DNA of 64,000 bases from an uncultured Chitinophagales bacterium (lineage in GTDB: Bacteria > Bacteroidota > Bacteroidia > Chitinophagales > JADIYW01), in contig CAZXRF010000005.1 in the NCBI GenBank assembly GCA_964642875.1, positions 4,043 through 68,042 on the forward strand. The letters run 5' to 3'. Positions 1-10,086 of this stretch are shown piece after piece. Positions within the stretch are counted from its first letter, which is position 1, and each line of letters begins with the position of its first letter. The notes under the pieces were generated by a model. The model ran no database searches and was not told where the DNA came from. It was given only the letters and a program-made list of their open reading frames with translations. Both the position numbers and the translations under genes were made by a program.

Positions 1-1
1 G

Positions 2-799
2 GAATCTTCCGGTAAAACCACATTGGCAATACACGCCATTGCCGAAGCACAAAAAAAGGGAGGTATTTGCGCCATCATAGATGCTGAGCATGCGTTCGAT
101 AAAAAATATGCAGAGGCTTTAGGGGTAGATACTGATAATCTATACATCACACAGCCGGATGATGGCGAACAAGCATTGGACATTGCTGAGCAACTAATTC
201 GCTCAGCAGCTATTGATTTGGTAGTGGTGGACTCCGTTGCGGCTTTAGTGCCCCGCAGCGAAATTGAAGGTGAGATGGGTGATAGTAAAATGGGCTTGCA
301 TGCCCGATTAATGAGTCAAGCTATGCGGAAACTTACCGGTGCAATTAGCAAAACTTCTTGCAGTTGTATTTTTATCAATCAATTGCGTGATAAAATTGGC
401 GTGATGTTCGGTTCGCCGGAAACAACAACTGGCGGAAATGCGCTTAAATTCTATGCTTCCATCCGATTGGATATCCGCCGTGCCGGACAAATAAAAGATA
501 AAGAAGGAAATGTAATAGGAAATAACACGAAAGTAAAAGTAGTGAAAAACAAATTAGCCCCGCCATTTAAAACAGCGGAGTTTGATATTATGTTTGGTAA
601 AGGCGTTTCTAAAGAAGGCGAGATAGTAGATATGGGTGCCGATTTAGGCATAATGCAAAAAAGCGGCGCATGGTACAGTTATGAAGGACAGAAAATAGGG
701 CAAGGGCGCGACCAAGTAAAACAACTTTTATTAGACAACCCTGGATTGGCAGACGAAATAGAAGGGAAAATTAGAGAAAAACTAACCCCAACTGAATAA
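2..799 (+). CDS. recA: Recombinase RecA, 5' end truncated by the window edge
   Basis: The frame is open from base 2 and reads [21 protein letters not shown] (Walker A GxxSSGKTT). RecA core blocks follow: [47 protein letters not shown]. Confidence 0.97.
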   Translation, partial: ESSGKTTLAIHAIAEAQKKGGICAIIDAEHAFDKKYAEALGVDTDNLYITQPDDGEQALDIAEQLIRSAAIDLVVVDSVAALVPRSEIEGEMGDSKMGLHARLMSQAMRKLTGAISKTSCSCIFINQLRDKIGVMFGSPETTTGGNALKFYASIRLDIRRAGQIKDKEGNVIGNNTKVKVVKNKLAPPFKTAEFDIMFGKGVSKEGEIVDMGADLGIMQKSGAWYSYEGQKIGQGRDQVKQLLLDNPGLADEIEGKIREKLTPTE

Positions 800-824
800 G
801 AAAATACTGCTAAATAAGATTTAC

Positions 825-852
825 ATATAGGCTGCAATTTTGCAGCCTATAT
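825..852 (+). terminator. Perfect 12-bp hairpin downstream of recA
   Basis: atataggctgca-attt-tgcagcctatat lies 26 nt after the recA stop. No strong T-run follows it. Confidence 0.5.
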
Positions 853-899
853 CTATATTACCTATAAATACCGATATTGTGTTACACTAAAAAATCTAT

Positions 900-2153
900 A
901 TGCCATCATTTGAGAGTATTGTTTTAGACTTTAAAGCCCACTGGTTATTATATTTATCTATGCCAGTTATTGCTGCTATTATTGGATTTGTTACCAAAAT
1001 AGTAGCCATAGAAATGATGTTCAAACCCTTGAAATTTTTCGGAATTCCCCCGTACCTAGGCTGGCAAGGAATAATCCCGCGCAAAGCGGCAATCATGAGC
1101 GGCATTGCCTGCGATACACTTACCTCCCGTCTGATAACACCAAAAGAAGTATTCTCCCGTCTCGACCCCAAACGCGTGGCACAAGAACTAGAAAAACCAA
1201 TGCTGCCCATCGTAGAAAAAATAACCCACGATGTGATGAGCCACTACCAACCCGGCCTATGGGAAAGCATCCCCGAAAATGCCAAAAAAATGCTGATACG
1301 CCAAATACAACAGCAATCGCCAGAAATGGTACGCCAGCTGATGCAGCAAACCAAAGACAATTTAGAAGATGTTTTTGATTTGAAAGACATGGTCATCACC
1401 AACCTAACCAAAGACAAAAAATTACTCAATAAAATATTTTTAGAAAGTGGCGCAAAAGAATTTGCATTCATCAGAAATTCTGGAATTTATTTCGGCTTTA
1501 CCATCGGATTAGTACAAATGATAGTTTGGTTATTAACCCACAACCCAATCATTATGCCAATATTCGGTTTATTTACTGGTTGGTTCACCGACTGGCTGGC
1601 ATTAAAAATGATTTTCCGCCCACAGCAGCCTACAAAATACCTCGGCTTATTTACTTGGCAAGGCTTGTTTTTAAGAAGGCAAAAAGAAGTAGCTGCAGCC
1701 TATGGTGCACTAATTGCAAAAGAAGTACTAACGCCAAGCAATATGATAGAAAGTATCCTCACTGGAAAATTGTCAGACAATTTGTTTAATATGATACAGC
1801 AAAACGTACAGCGCATGGTAGATGAGCAAGCTGGAGTGTTGAAGCCAGTAGTGGTATTTGCTGTTGGCTCCGAAAAATATAAAGCCATGAAAATGGCCAT
1901 CACCGGAAATATGGTCAATCAACTACCCGTAGCCTTGAAACATATTGAAAAATATGCCGAAGATGCCATGGATATAAAAAATACTTTAGTAAGTAAAATG
2001 CAAGAACTTACGCCCGAAGAATTTGAAGGCGTATTGCGCCCAGCATTTAAGCAAGATGAATGGATATTAATAACCGTTGGCGCAGTGCTTGGTTTTTTAG
2101 TTGGGGAATTGCAAGTATTATTGATGGAACATTTTGTACTGCATATAAAGTAG
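900..2153 (+). CDS. DUF445-family membrane protein
   Basis: 417 aa with N- and C-terminal TM helices. The GWQGIIPRKAAIMSG block is typical of DUF445/YheB-like proteins. Confidence 0.7.
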   Translation: MPSFESIVLDFKAHWLLYLSMPVIAAIIGFVTKIVAIEMMFKPLKFFGIPPYLGWQGIIPRKAAIMSGIACDTLTSRLITPKEVFSRLDPKRVAQELEKPMLPIVEKITHDVMSHYQPGLWESIPENAKKMLIRQIQQQSPEMVRQLMQQTKDNLEDVFDLKDMVITNLTKDKKLLNKIFLESGAKEFAFIRNSGIYFGFTIGLVQMIVWLLTHNPIIMPIFGLFTGWFTDWLALKMIFRPQQPTKYLGLFTWQGLFLRRQKEVAAAYGALIAKEVLTPSNMIESILTGKLSDNLFNMIQQNVQRMVDEQAGVLKPVVVFAVGSEKYKAMKMAITGNMVNQLPVALKHIEKYAEDAMDIKNTLVSKMQELTPEEFEGVLRPAFKQDEWILITVGAVLGFLVGELQVLLMEHFVLHIK

Positions 2154-2338
2154 TACCCGTTCGTCCATTAAAACTATTCATTTAAACTATTCTTAACTCT
2201 TTATCAAAACAACCCTTGCATTTGTTTTGTACTTTTATTGAACGCATTTTGTAATGTGTAAAGGCTATTTTGAAGAATCCTAATGAAAAACTAATTACAA
2301 ACGGATGCTTCTTACCTTAGTAAGATAAATAAAATAAT

Positions 2339-3829
2339 ATGAACGATAAAGTTTTCATCTTCGACACCACTCTCCGCGACGGCGAGCAAGTACCAGGCTG
2401 CCAATTGAATACTATAGAAAAAATAGAAGTAGCATTAGCATTAGAAGAATTAGGAGTAGATATATTAGAATCAGGATTTCCAATTTCCTCTCCCGGAGAT
2501 TTTAATTCCGTAGTAGAAATTACCAAAAATATTTCCAAACCTACTATCTGTGCGCTTACCCGTGCTGTAGCTGCCGATATAGATTGTGCTGCCGAGGCAT
2601 TAAAACATGCAAAACGGGCAAGAATTCATACAGGAATTGGCTCATCTGATATTCATATCAAAAATAAATTAAAATCCACTCGTGAAAATATTTTAGAGAA
2701 AGCAGCTTGGGCAGCAAAATATGCACGTAACTACGTGGACGATGTTGAATTTTTCTGCGAAGATGCCGGTCGAGCTGATTTAGATTTTTTAGCAAAAATG
2801 GTAGAAACTGTAATTGCATCCGGTGCTACGGTGGTAAATATTCCTGATACTACAGGCTACTGCTTGCCGGAACAATACGGCGCAAAAATTGCTTATTTAA
2901 TGAATAATGTGCCGAATATCGATAAAGCAATAATTTCAGCACACTGCCACAACGATTTAGGATTGGCTACCGCCAACTCTATTGCTGCCATAAAAAATGG
3001 CGCACGACAAGTAGAGGTTACTATGAATGGAATCGGCGAGCGTGCCGGTAATACTTCCTTAGAAGAGGTAGCCATGATTCTAAAATCACATGAGGCAAAC
3101 TTAAATTTAGACTGTGGTATTAATATCAAAAAAATATACCCTACTTCTCGCCTAATCACCCGCTTGATGAGAATGCCGGTGCAACCCAACAAAGCTATTG
3201 TAGGCAGAAATGCATTTTCTCACTCTTCCGGTATTCACCAAGATGGCGTATTGAAGAATAGAGAAAATTACGAAATCATCAACCCACACGACGTCGGTGT
3301 GCCAGAATCATTAATTGTGTTAACAGCAAGAAGTGGAAGAGCTGCATTAAAATATAGATTGGAAAACATTGGGTTTACCCTCACTCAAGAAGAGTTAGAT
3401 GTTACCTATAAAAGATTCTTAGATCTTGCCGATCAACGCAAAGAAATCTTTGATGAAGATTTGTTAGAAATGATGGGACAAAGCAAAGAAGGCAGAATTT
3501 ATGAAATAGATTATTTGGAAGTGCATTGTGGCAAACGCCATCAGGCAACAGCTACTATTGCCTTATTGAAAAATGGCAAAAGAACAGTAGAAATTGCTGA
3601 TGGCTGTGGCCCTGTGGACGCTACAATGAAAGCCATAGATAAAATAGTACAACAACCTGTACGCTTGGAAGAGTATTTGGTACAAGCCGTTACTGGTGGT
3701 AGCGACGACACCGGAAAAGTACATATCCAAGTTTCTAAAGATGGCGTATTTTACTACGGCTTCGGAAATGATACCGATGTAATATATGCTACTGCAAAAG
3801 CATATATTGATGCATTAAACAAGCTTTAA
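2339..3829 (+). CDS. leuA: 2-isopropylmalate synthase
   Basis: [18 protein letters not shown] and [20 protein letters not shown]-like motifs, plus a C-terminal LeuA dimerisation/regulatory domain. Confidence 0.95.
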   Translation: MNDKVFIFDTTLRDGEQVPGCQLNTIEKIEVALALEELGVDILESGFPISSPGDFNSVVEITKNISKPTICALTRAVAADIDCAAEALKHAKRARIHTGIGSSDIHIKNKLKSTRENILEKAAWAAKYARNYVDDVEFFCEDAGRADLDFLAKMVETVIASGATVVNIPDTTGYCLPEQYGAKIAYLMNNVPNIDKAIISAHCHNDLGLATANSIAAIKNGARQVEVTMNGIGERAGNTSLEEVAMILKSHEANLNLDCGINIKKIYPTSRLITRLMRMPVQPNKAIVGRNAFSHSSGIHQDGVLKNRENYEIINPHDVGVPESLIVLTARSGRAALKYRLENIGFTLTQEELDVTYKRFLDLADQRKEIFDEDLLEMMGQSKEGRIYEIDYLEVHCGKRHQATATIALLKNGKRTVEIADGCGPVDATMKAIDKIVQQPVRLEEYLVQAVTGGSDDTGKVHIQVSKDGVFYYGFGNDTDVIYATAKAYIDALNKL

Positions 3830-4888
3830 CAGTACTTTTAGGTATTTTTCCCTATTTGCAAAAACAGAAAAATGTTGCTCTACCGCTGTACGTGCATTTT
3901 TACCAATGCGTGCTCGCTCATCAGGGTTATCTACAAGGTATAAAAGCCATTCCAACCACGCCTCTTTTGTATTTTCTACTAAAAAACCATCTTCTTTATG
4001 TTGGATTACAAGTGCATTAGTTCCATAATTAGTAGCAATACAAGGTATGCCCACATTCATATAAGCCAATGCTTTGTTGCCGCTTTTTCCCAGTACCCAT
4101 TCTTCTTTTTCTAATGGATATAATCCGATATCAATTTGCTTTAAATCTGAAATTTCGTTTTGAGCAGTCCATGTAATATTGCGTACCGTTATGCCATCGC
4201 AAAAATAAGGTGCATTGCAAATAACCAAAAATTCAATATTGCGCATTCGGCTTAATTCCTGCAATGCAGGTGCTACTAAACTCAAGTATTTCAGGGTAGA
4301 GTGTGTCCCCGTCCAGCCTATAGTGGTGAGTGCTTTTGCATCATGTGTTTTGGGTGCCGTAGCAGCAGTGTTGTAACTTGCTAAAATAGTAGTTACTGCT
4401 TGGTTATATTGCTTTGCAAATTTTTCTAAAAATGGTGAACATACAATAACTGCATCGGCACAACGCATTAATGCAATCGGCTTATTACGTCCTTTTATTC
4501 TGTCAATAAATCGTTTTTGTGTATTGTTCAGATATATCATATCATCAATATCATACACCATCTTTTTTGCTAATTTTTTTACCAACCATTCAAAAATTGG
4601 AGGGCCTAATGGCGTCACCCAAAGATGTATATATACAATATCGAATTGCCGTATGCCCCATAAATCTTTGATTCTCCGAAGATATCCACGAATTGTTCCT
4701 GCAATTTTTTGTAAAAGGAACCCTGGTTTATAAATAATTTTCCAAAAATCATCATCAATAAAAGAGCTGGTTTGTAGCTCAAATCCATTGTCTTCAAATA
4801 AAGTATAATACTGTTCAAACTTCAGCCGCTGGCTGGGTGCTTTTCCAAAAGGATAGGGCGATAAAAATAAAATCTTAGGACTACGCAT
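3815..4888 (-). CDS. Glycosyltransferase, GT-B fold (GT4/GT1-like)
   Basis: 357 aa. The C-terminal half carries a GT1-type nucleotide-sugar binding region ([34 protein letters not shown]...GFLVEN). Its 3' end overlaps leuA by 15 nt, convergently. Confidence 0.8.
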   Translation of the reverse strand: MRSPKILFLSPYPFGKAPSQRLKFEQYYTLFEDNGFELQTSSFIDDDFWKIIYKPGFLLQKIAGTIRGYLRRIKDLWGIRQFDIVYIHLWVTPLGPPIFEWLVKKLAKKMVYDIDDMIYLNNTQKRFIDRIKGRNKPIALMRCADAVIVCSPFLEKFAKQYNQAVTTILASYNTAATAPKTHDAKALTTIGWTGTHSTLKYLSLVAPALQELSRMRNIEFLVICNAPYFCDGITVRNITWTAQNEISDLKQIDIGLYPLEKEEWVLGKSGNKALAYMNVGIPCIATNYGTNALVIQHKEDGFLVENTKEAWLEWLLYLVDNPDERARIGKNARTAVEQHFSVFANREKYLKVLLKLV

Positions 4889-4933
4889 ACGGGTATCTTC
4901 GACTAATTTAGATAAAATTTTGTATTATTGAAT

Positions 4934-6025
4934 ATGGAACGCATACCGATGGTAGATTTGAAGGAGCAATATCTGCAAATACAGACAGAGTTGCAACAGT
5001 GCATACTACTATGTGCAGAGGAAGGTAAGTATATACAAGGTAGTAGCGTTGCTGCATTTGAAGCTGCATTAGCAGGCTATACCGGTATGCCGCACGTAAT
5101 TAGCTGTGGCAATGGTACTGACGCATTACAATTGGCAATAATGGCTTTAAATTTACCAAAGGGTAGTAAAATTATCGTTCCTGCATTTACTTTCATTGCT
5201 CCCGTGGAGGTGATTTCTTTTCTGGGTTATGAGCCCGTATTTGCTGATATTGACCCGACAGATTTCAATACTACGTTAGAGTTCATACAATCCGTTTACA
5301 CATCCGATGTTAGAGCCATTATAGTAGTGCACTTGTTTGGTTTGCCTTGCAAAGACATTGACAAAATTTATGCTTTTTGTGAAGAAAAAAATATCGCTTT
5401 AATAGAAGATAATGCCCAATCGCTTGGTGCTGAAAAAATGATAACCCGTAAAAGCATAATTACCACTTCATTTTTTCCCACTAAAAATTTAGGTGCTATG
5501 GGCGACGGAGGTGCAGTGTTGTGCAACGACACGCAATTGGCGGCAACCATTAGAAAGTTAGCGACACACGGACAATCTAAAAAATACACGCACGATACAG
5601 TGGGCATCAATTCGCGGTTAGATACGCTGCAAGCCGCTATTTTATTGGTAAAATTAAACTATTTAGATTTCTATAATACACAGCGGAGAAAAAATGCTTT
5701 ATATTATCAAAACAGATTACAAGGCATAAAAGAAATACAACTGCCGCCGTTTTCTGCTACTACTATTTTTCATGCTTATACCATAAAAGTACCTGCTGGA
5801 AAACGCAATGCATTAGCCGAATTTCTAAAACAAAATGGTATAGCATCTACGGTAAATTATCCTATTCCTGCTTATCGGCAAGGTGCGTATTTGCAAAATA
5901 TTTATTTGGCAAATACGGAAAATGCTTGCGCCTCGGCATTGTCAATTCCGATATATCCTGAAATTACTGAGCAGCAACTCGATTATATTTGTAATACAAT
6001 ACTTAAATTTTTTGATTCCGAATGA
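4934..6025 (+). CDS. DegT/DnrJ/EryC1/StrS-family PLP sugar aminotransferase (WbpE-like)
   Basis: MERIPMVDLKEQY start, GNGTDALQLA, and FFPTKNLGAMGDGG containing the PLP lysine. I prefer the ATG at 4934 over the TTG at 4928. Confidence 0.9.
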   Translation: MERIPMVDLKEQYLQIQTELQQCILLCAEEGKYIQGSSVAAFEAALAGYTGMPHVISCGNGTDALQLAIMALNLPKGSKIIVPAFTFIAPVEVISFLGYEPVFADIDPTDFNTTLEFIQSVYTSDVRAIIVVHLFGLPCKDIDKIYAFCEEKNIALIEDNAQSLGAEKMITRKSIITTSFFPTKNLGAMGDGGAVLCNDTQLAATIRKLATHGQSKKYTHDTVGINSRLDTLQAAILLVKLNYLDFYNTQRRKNALYYQNRLQGIKEIQLPPFSATTIFHAYTIKVPAGKRNALAEFLKQNGIASTVNYPIPAYRQGAYLQNIYLANTENACASALSIPIYPEITEQQLDYICNTILKFFDSE

Positions 6026-8010
6026 AAACGTATTTTAAACATGAAACTGCTATTGTAGAAGAAGGTGCAACTGTTGGGAATGGCAGTAAAATATGGCATT
6101 TTTGCCATGTAATGAAAGCTACCATCGGAGAAAACTGCTCTTTAGGGCAAAATATTTTTGTGGCAAACAATGTAGTATTGGGGGATAATTGTAAAGTACA
6201 AAACAATGTATCATTGTATGAAGGTATAGTTTGTGAAGAAGGTGTTTTTATAGGACCGTCAGCAGTCTTTACAAATGTCATTAACCCGAGAAGTTTTATT
6301 GAACGGAAATCAGAATACAAAAAAACGATTGTAAAAAAAGGAGCTACTATAGGCGCAAACGCAACTATAATTTGTGGCGTTACGATTGGGGAATATGCAT
6401 TAATTGGAGCGGGCGCAGTAATTACGAAAGAGGTGCCTGCGTATGCGCTTATGAAAGGAAACCCAGCAAAACAAGATGGTTGGGTGTGTCAGTGTGGAAA
6501 TAAATTACATTTTGAAGAAAACAAAGCTCATTGCGCTATAGAACATTCTGATTATTTATTTCAAAATAATTTACTGCAAAAAATTAATCTATTGTTTTTT
6601 AATATTACTATTCGGCATTTTAGCAAAGGGCATCAAGCTATTTTCTCTGATTTTAATTGGACAATAAGCGACAAAGAAAATTGGGCTATTGTCGGAAATA
6701 TTGGTTCGGGAAAGACTACTTTATTAAAACTAATTTCAGGAATTGAATACCTTCCAAAAGAAAATGGAGCGATTCAGTTTTCAACTTTAATAACTAACAA
6801 AGAGATAGAATACATCTCGTTTACCGATGAATCGAAATGGATAAAACGTAAGGATTTTTATTATCAACAACGTTACTACACTTCATTTACAGAGGAGGAA
6901 ATGAAACTAAATGAGTTTATCTCATTCGATAATTTTACAAATGAACAGCGTAGATTTGCACACCTACTTTTGGAAAAATATAGATTAACCCAAAAACTAG
7001 AGATTCCATTTATCCAACTTTCTAATGGTCAAAAAAATAAATCTATTTTAATTAAAGCATTATTATCACCCAATAAATTATTGCTATTAGATAACCCATT
7101 TATCGGGATTGATATAGAAAGCAGACAAGAAATTTTAAAACTGATAGACCATTTGATTGAACAAGGAAAACGCATTATTTATACTACAAGTTATTTTACG
7201 TTTGCTGATTCTACAACAAACATTCTGTATTTGCACGCAGATGGAAAACAGGAGAAAATAGAAAAAAAAGATTTTAACAAAATAAAAAACAATTCCCAGA
7301 AACAAGATAAAAGTGCAATTATAGCAAATACATTATCTTCTGAAAAAACAATAGAATTGAAAAATGTTACAATCTCCTATACGCAGAAAAATATTTTAGA
7401 GGCTGTAAATTGGACTGTGCTAAAAGGTGAAAAATGGGCAGTAGTCGGCAATAATGGATCAGGGAAATCCACGCTTTTGAGCTTGCTGTATGCCGACCAT
7501 CCACATGCATTTAAAAATGAAATTTATTTGTTTGGAAAACCTCGAGGACAGCAAAGTATATGGGATATTAAACAAAGAATAGGGTATTTATCATCAGAGT
7601 TTCATTTGCATTTCAACGAGCCGCTTTCGGTAATAAATACTGTAGGTTCAGGATATTTCGATATGCTTACACTGCTGCGTCCATTGTACCCAACAGAACA
7701 AAAACAGATTCTTGAAGTATTGACATCCTTAGGAATAGCGCATTTGCTGGAGCGTAGATTTCTAACATTATCCACCGGAGAACAGCGATTAGTTTTATTT
7801 GCGAGAGCAATAATAAAAAAACCAGAGTTACTGATTTTAGATGAACCTTATCAAGGGTTAGATATAAATAGCATTGCACGTTGTAATAATTTACTTCAAC
7901 GTTTTCTGACCAACGAACATACGCTTGTTTTTACAACACACTATACAGAAGAAATTCCCGAATGTGTCAATAAGTTCTTACATTTAGAAAACGGAAAAAT
8001 TATAGCATGA
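6022..8010 (+). CDS. Fusion protein: hexapeptide-repeat N-acetyltransferase (WbpD/WlbB-like, aa 1 to about 190) joined to a tandem ABC ATPase without a transmembrane domain (ModF-like, aa about 191-662)
   Basis: Single uninterrupted 662-codon frame. The N-terminal part has LbH repeats and GNPAKQDGWVCQCG. The rest has NBD1 (GNIGSGKTT / LSNGQ / LLLLDNP) and NBD2 (GNNGSGKST / LSTGEQ / LLILDEP / TTHY). ATGA start/stop overlaps occur at both ends (6022 and 8007). Confidence 0.75.
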   Translation: MKTYFKHETAIVEEGATVGNGSKIWHFCHVMKATIGENCSLGQNIFVANNVVLGDNCKVQNNVSLYEGIVCEEGVFIGPSAVFTNVINPRSFIERKSEYKKTIVKKGATIGANATIICGVTIGEYALIGAGAVITKEVPAYALMKGNPAKQDGWVCQCGNKLHFEENKAHCAIEHSDYLFQNNLLQKINLLFFNITIRHFSKGHQAIFSDFNWTISDKENWAIVGNIGSGKTTLLKLISGIEYLPKENGAIQFSTLITNKEIEYISFTDESKWIKRKDFYYQQRYYTSFTEEEMKLNEFISFDNFTNEQRRFAHLLLEKYRLTQKLEIPFIQLSNGQKNKSILIKALLSPNKLLLLDNPFIGIDIESRQEILKLIDHLIEQGKRIIYTTSYFTFADSTTNILYLHADGKQEKIEKKDFNKIKNNSQKQDKSAIIANTLSSEKTIELKNVTISYTQKNILEAVNWTVLKGEKWAVVGNNGSGKSTLLSLLYADHPHAFKNEIYLFGKPRGQQSIWDIKQRIGYLSSEFHLHFNEPLSVINTVGSGYFDMLTLLRPLYPTEQKQILEVLTSLGIAHLLERRFLTLSTGEQRLVLFARAIIKKPELLILDEPYQGLDINSIARCNNLLQRFLTNEHTLVFTTHYTEEIPECVNKFLHLENGKIIA

Positions 8011-8858
8011 AAACTTTTGCACTTATTGGAATCGCCGGATATATTGCGCCTCGCCATTTAAAGGCAATAAAAGAAATAGGTGGAAATTTAGTAGCTGCGT
8101 ATGATATTTCTGACCGTGTTGGTATTTTAGATAGCTATTTTCCAGATTGCGAATTTTTCACCGATGAGTTTTCTTTCTACGATTTTTTATTGGAAAAAAG
8201 TCAAGTAGATTATTTGGTCGTATGCTCTCCAAATTATTTACATGAGCAACATTGCTATGCCGGATTAAAATTAAATGCTAACGTAATTTGTGAAAAACCA
8301 TTAGCATTGACATTGGAGAGTTTGCAGCAACTAAAAGAAGCAGAAACTTATACCGATAAACATATTTATACCATTTTGCAATTACGTCAGCACCCGATGT
8401 TGCAAGCCTTGAAGAATAAAATTGAAACAACTGAAAAATCGCACTATACCGTACAGATAGAATATCATACACCACGAGGAAAATGGTATGCTGCAAGTTG
8501 GAAAAGTGATACAAAAAAATCAGGTGGATTGGCAACTAACATTGGCATACATTTATTTGATTTATCCGTGTGGTTGTTTGGAAAACCAACAGAAGTATTG
8601 CCCGAAACACAAACACCGACACAAAGCAAAGGAATATTACAATTGCAGCATGCCACCGTACATTGGAATTTAAGTATCGAAGCACAAGAAAAACCCAAAA
8701 GACAAATCATTGTTGATGGAGAAAGCTATGAATTTACGGAGGGATTCGCCGATTTGCATACGGCTGCATATCTTGCTATTTTGGGTGGAAATGGATTTTC
8801 AATTGATGAAGTAATACCCTCTGTTTCTATTGTTGAAAAAATTAGAAATAATCAGTAA
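8007..8858 (+). CDS. Gfo/Idh/MocA-family NAD-dependent oxidoreductase (WbpB-like)
   Basis: N-terminal Rossmann motif IGIAGYIAPRHLKAI and the EKP motif (VICEKPLAL). Translationally coupled to the preceding ORF. Confidence 0.85.
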   Translation: MKTFALIGIAGYIAPRHLKAIKEIGGNLVAAYDISDRVGILDSYFPDCEFFTDEFSFYDFLLEKSQVDYLVVCSPNYLHEQHCYAGLKLNANVICEKPLALTLESLQQLKEAETYTDKHIYTILQLRQHPMLQALKNKIETTEKSHYTVQIEYHTPRGKWYAASWKSDTKKSGGLATNIGIHLFDLSVWLFGKPTEVLPETQTPTQSKGILQLQHATVHWNLSIEAQEKPKRQIIVDGESYEFTEGFADLHTAAYLAILGGNGFSIDEVIPSVSIVEKIRNNQ

Positions 8859-8876
8859 CGTACTAAATTATACATC

Positions 8877-9443
8877 ATGAAAAATGCAAAAGAAACAATA
8901 CGCTGTGGCTGGTGTGTTGGAAAACCGCTGTATGAAAAATACCACGATGAAGAATGGGGGAAGCCCGTTTTTGAGGATACAAAACAATTTGAATTTTTAG
9001 TATTAGAAAGTGCGCAAGCCGGATTAAGCTGGTGGACTATATTGCAACGGAGAGAAAATTATAGAAATGCTTTTGCCAAATTCGATTACAAGAAAGTGGC
9101 TAAATTCGATGAACAAAAAATAGAGCTATTGTTGCAAGATACAGGAATTATCCGCAACCGTGCGAAGATTACAGCTGCTATAAATAATGCAAAAAGATTT
9201 ATGGAAATACAAAAAGAATTTGGCAGTTTTTCAAATTATATCTGGAGTTTTGTAGGCGGAAAACCGAAGGTAAATAAATGGTCGAGCCTGAAAGAAGTAC
9301 CTGCGACCACACCAGAATCAGATGCTTTGGCGAAAGACATGAAAAAACGTGGATTTCAATTCTTGGGTTCTACTACATTGTATGCACACATGCAGGCTAC
9401 CGGTTTGGTAAACGACCATATTGTAAGCTGCACTCAATATTAA
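8877..9443 (+). CDS. tag: DNA-3-methyladenine glycosylase I
   Basis: CGWCVGKPLYEKYHDEEWGKPV zinc-snap motif, LSWWTIL, and 188 aa length. Confidence 0.93.
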   Translation: MKNAKETIRCGWCVGKPLYEKYHDEEWGKPVFEDTKQFEFLVLESAQAGLSWWTILQRRENYRNAFAKFDYKKVAKFDEQKIELLLQDTGIIRNRAKITAAINNAKRFMEIQKEFGSFSNYIWSFVGGKPKVNKWSSLKEVPATTPESDALAKDMKKRGFQFLGSTTLYAHMQATGLVNDHIVSCTQY

Positions 9444-9450
9444 AAAAAAC

Positions 9451-10014
9451 TTAAAGAATTAATTGTTCAAATTCTTCTTTACTAATGCCATACCGATTGG
9501 CTGCTGTAAGTTGATTAAAAACAAGATAAGCCCCTTCATATTTGAAGCCTAATTTTTCAGCCAACTTCAAACTTGCGTGGTTTTTATTATCGATACGTAA
9601 ATGGATACGTTGAAATAAATTTTGCGAGAAACATTTTTGTAAAACCGCAATTACGGCTTCTGTCATCCATCCTCTTTGCCCGAAATCAATATCTATAAAA
9701 TAAGAAAATTCGGCTTCTTGTTTTTTTGCGTCAATATTTTTTATGTTGAAATGCCCAATCAGTATATTGCTTGATTTTTCGAAAATTAAAAAAGAAAAAG
9801 AAATACTTTTATTCCAATCAAAGGTTCTTTGTAGCACGTATTCTTTTGTAGTATTAATATTTTCAGTGCCTTTTAATAGTTTAGGAAAATCATCTGTAAG
9901 CCGTTCTCTGTTTTTTTGAACTAAATAAAATAAATTAATAGCATATTTCACATCATAAGGCAGCAGCAGCAGATGAGTGGTTTCTATATTTTGTTTTGGA
10001 AGTTTCAATAGCAA
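9451..10014 (-). CDS. GNAT-family N-acetyltransferase (RimJ/RimL-like)
   Basis: 187 aa with FGQRGWMTEAV and LGFKYEG GNAT motifs A/B. Confidence 0.8.
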   Translation of the reverse strand: MLLKLPKQNIETTHLLLLPYDVKYAINLFYLVQKNRERLTDDFPKLLKGTENINTTKEYVLQRTFDWNKSISFSFLIFEKSSNILIGHFNIKNIDAKKQEAEFSYFIDIDFGQRGWMTEAVIAVLQKCFSQNLFQRIHLRIDNKNHASLKLAEKLGFKYEGAYLVFNQLTAANRYGISKEEFEQLIL

Positions 10015-10086
10015 CTTATTCGATTAAAAATTTTAAATTACAATTTTATATTAGTATATTTAAGAAACTGATTAACCAACAAGATA

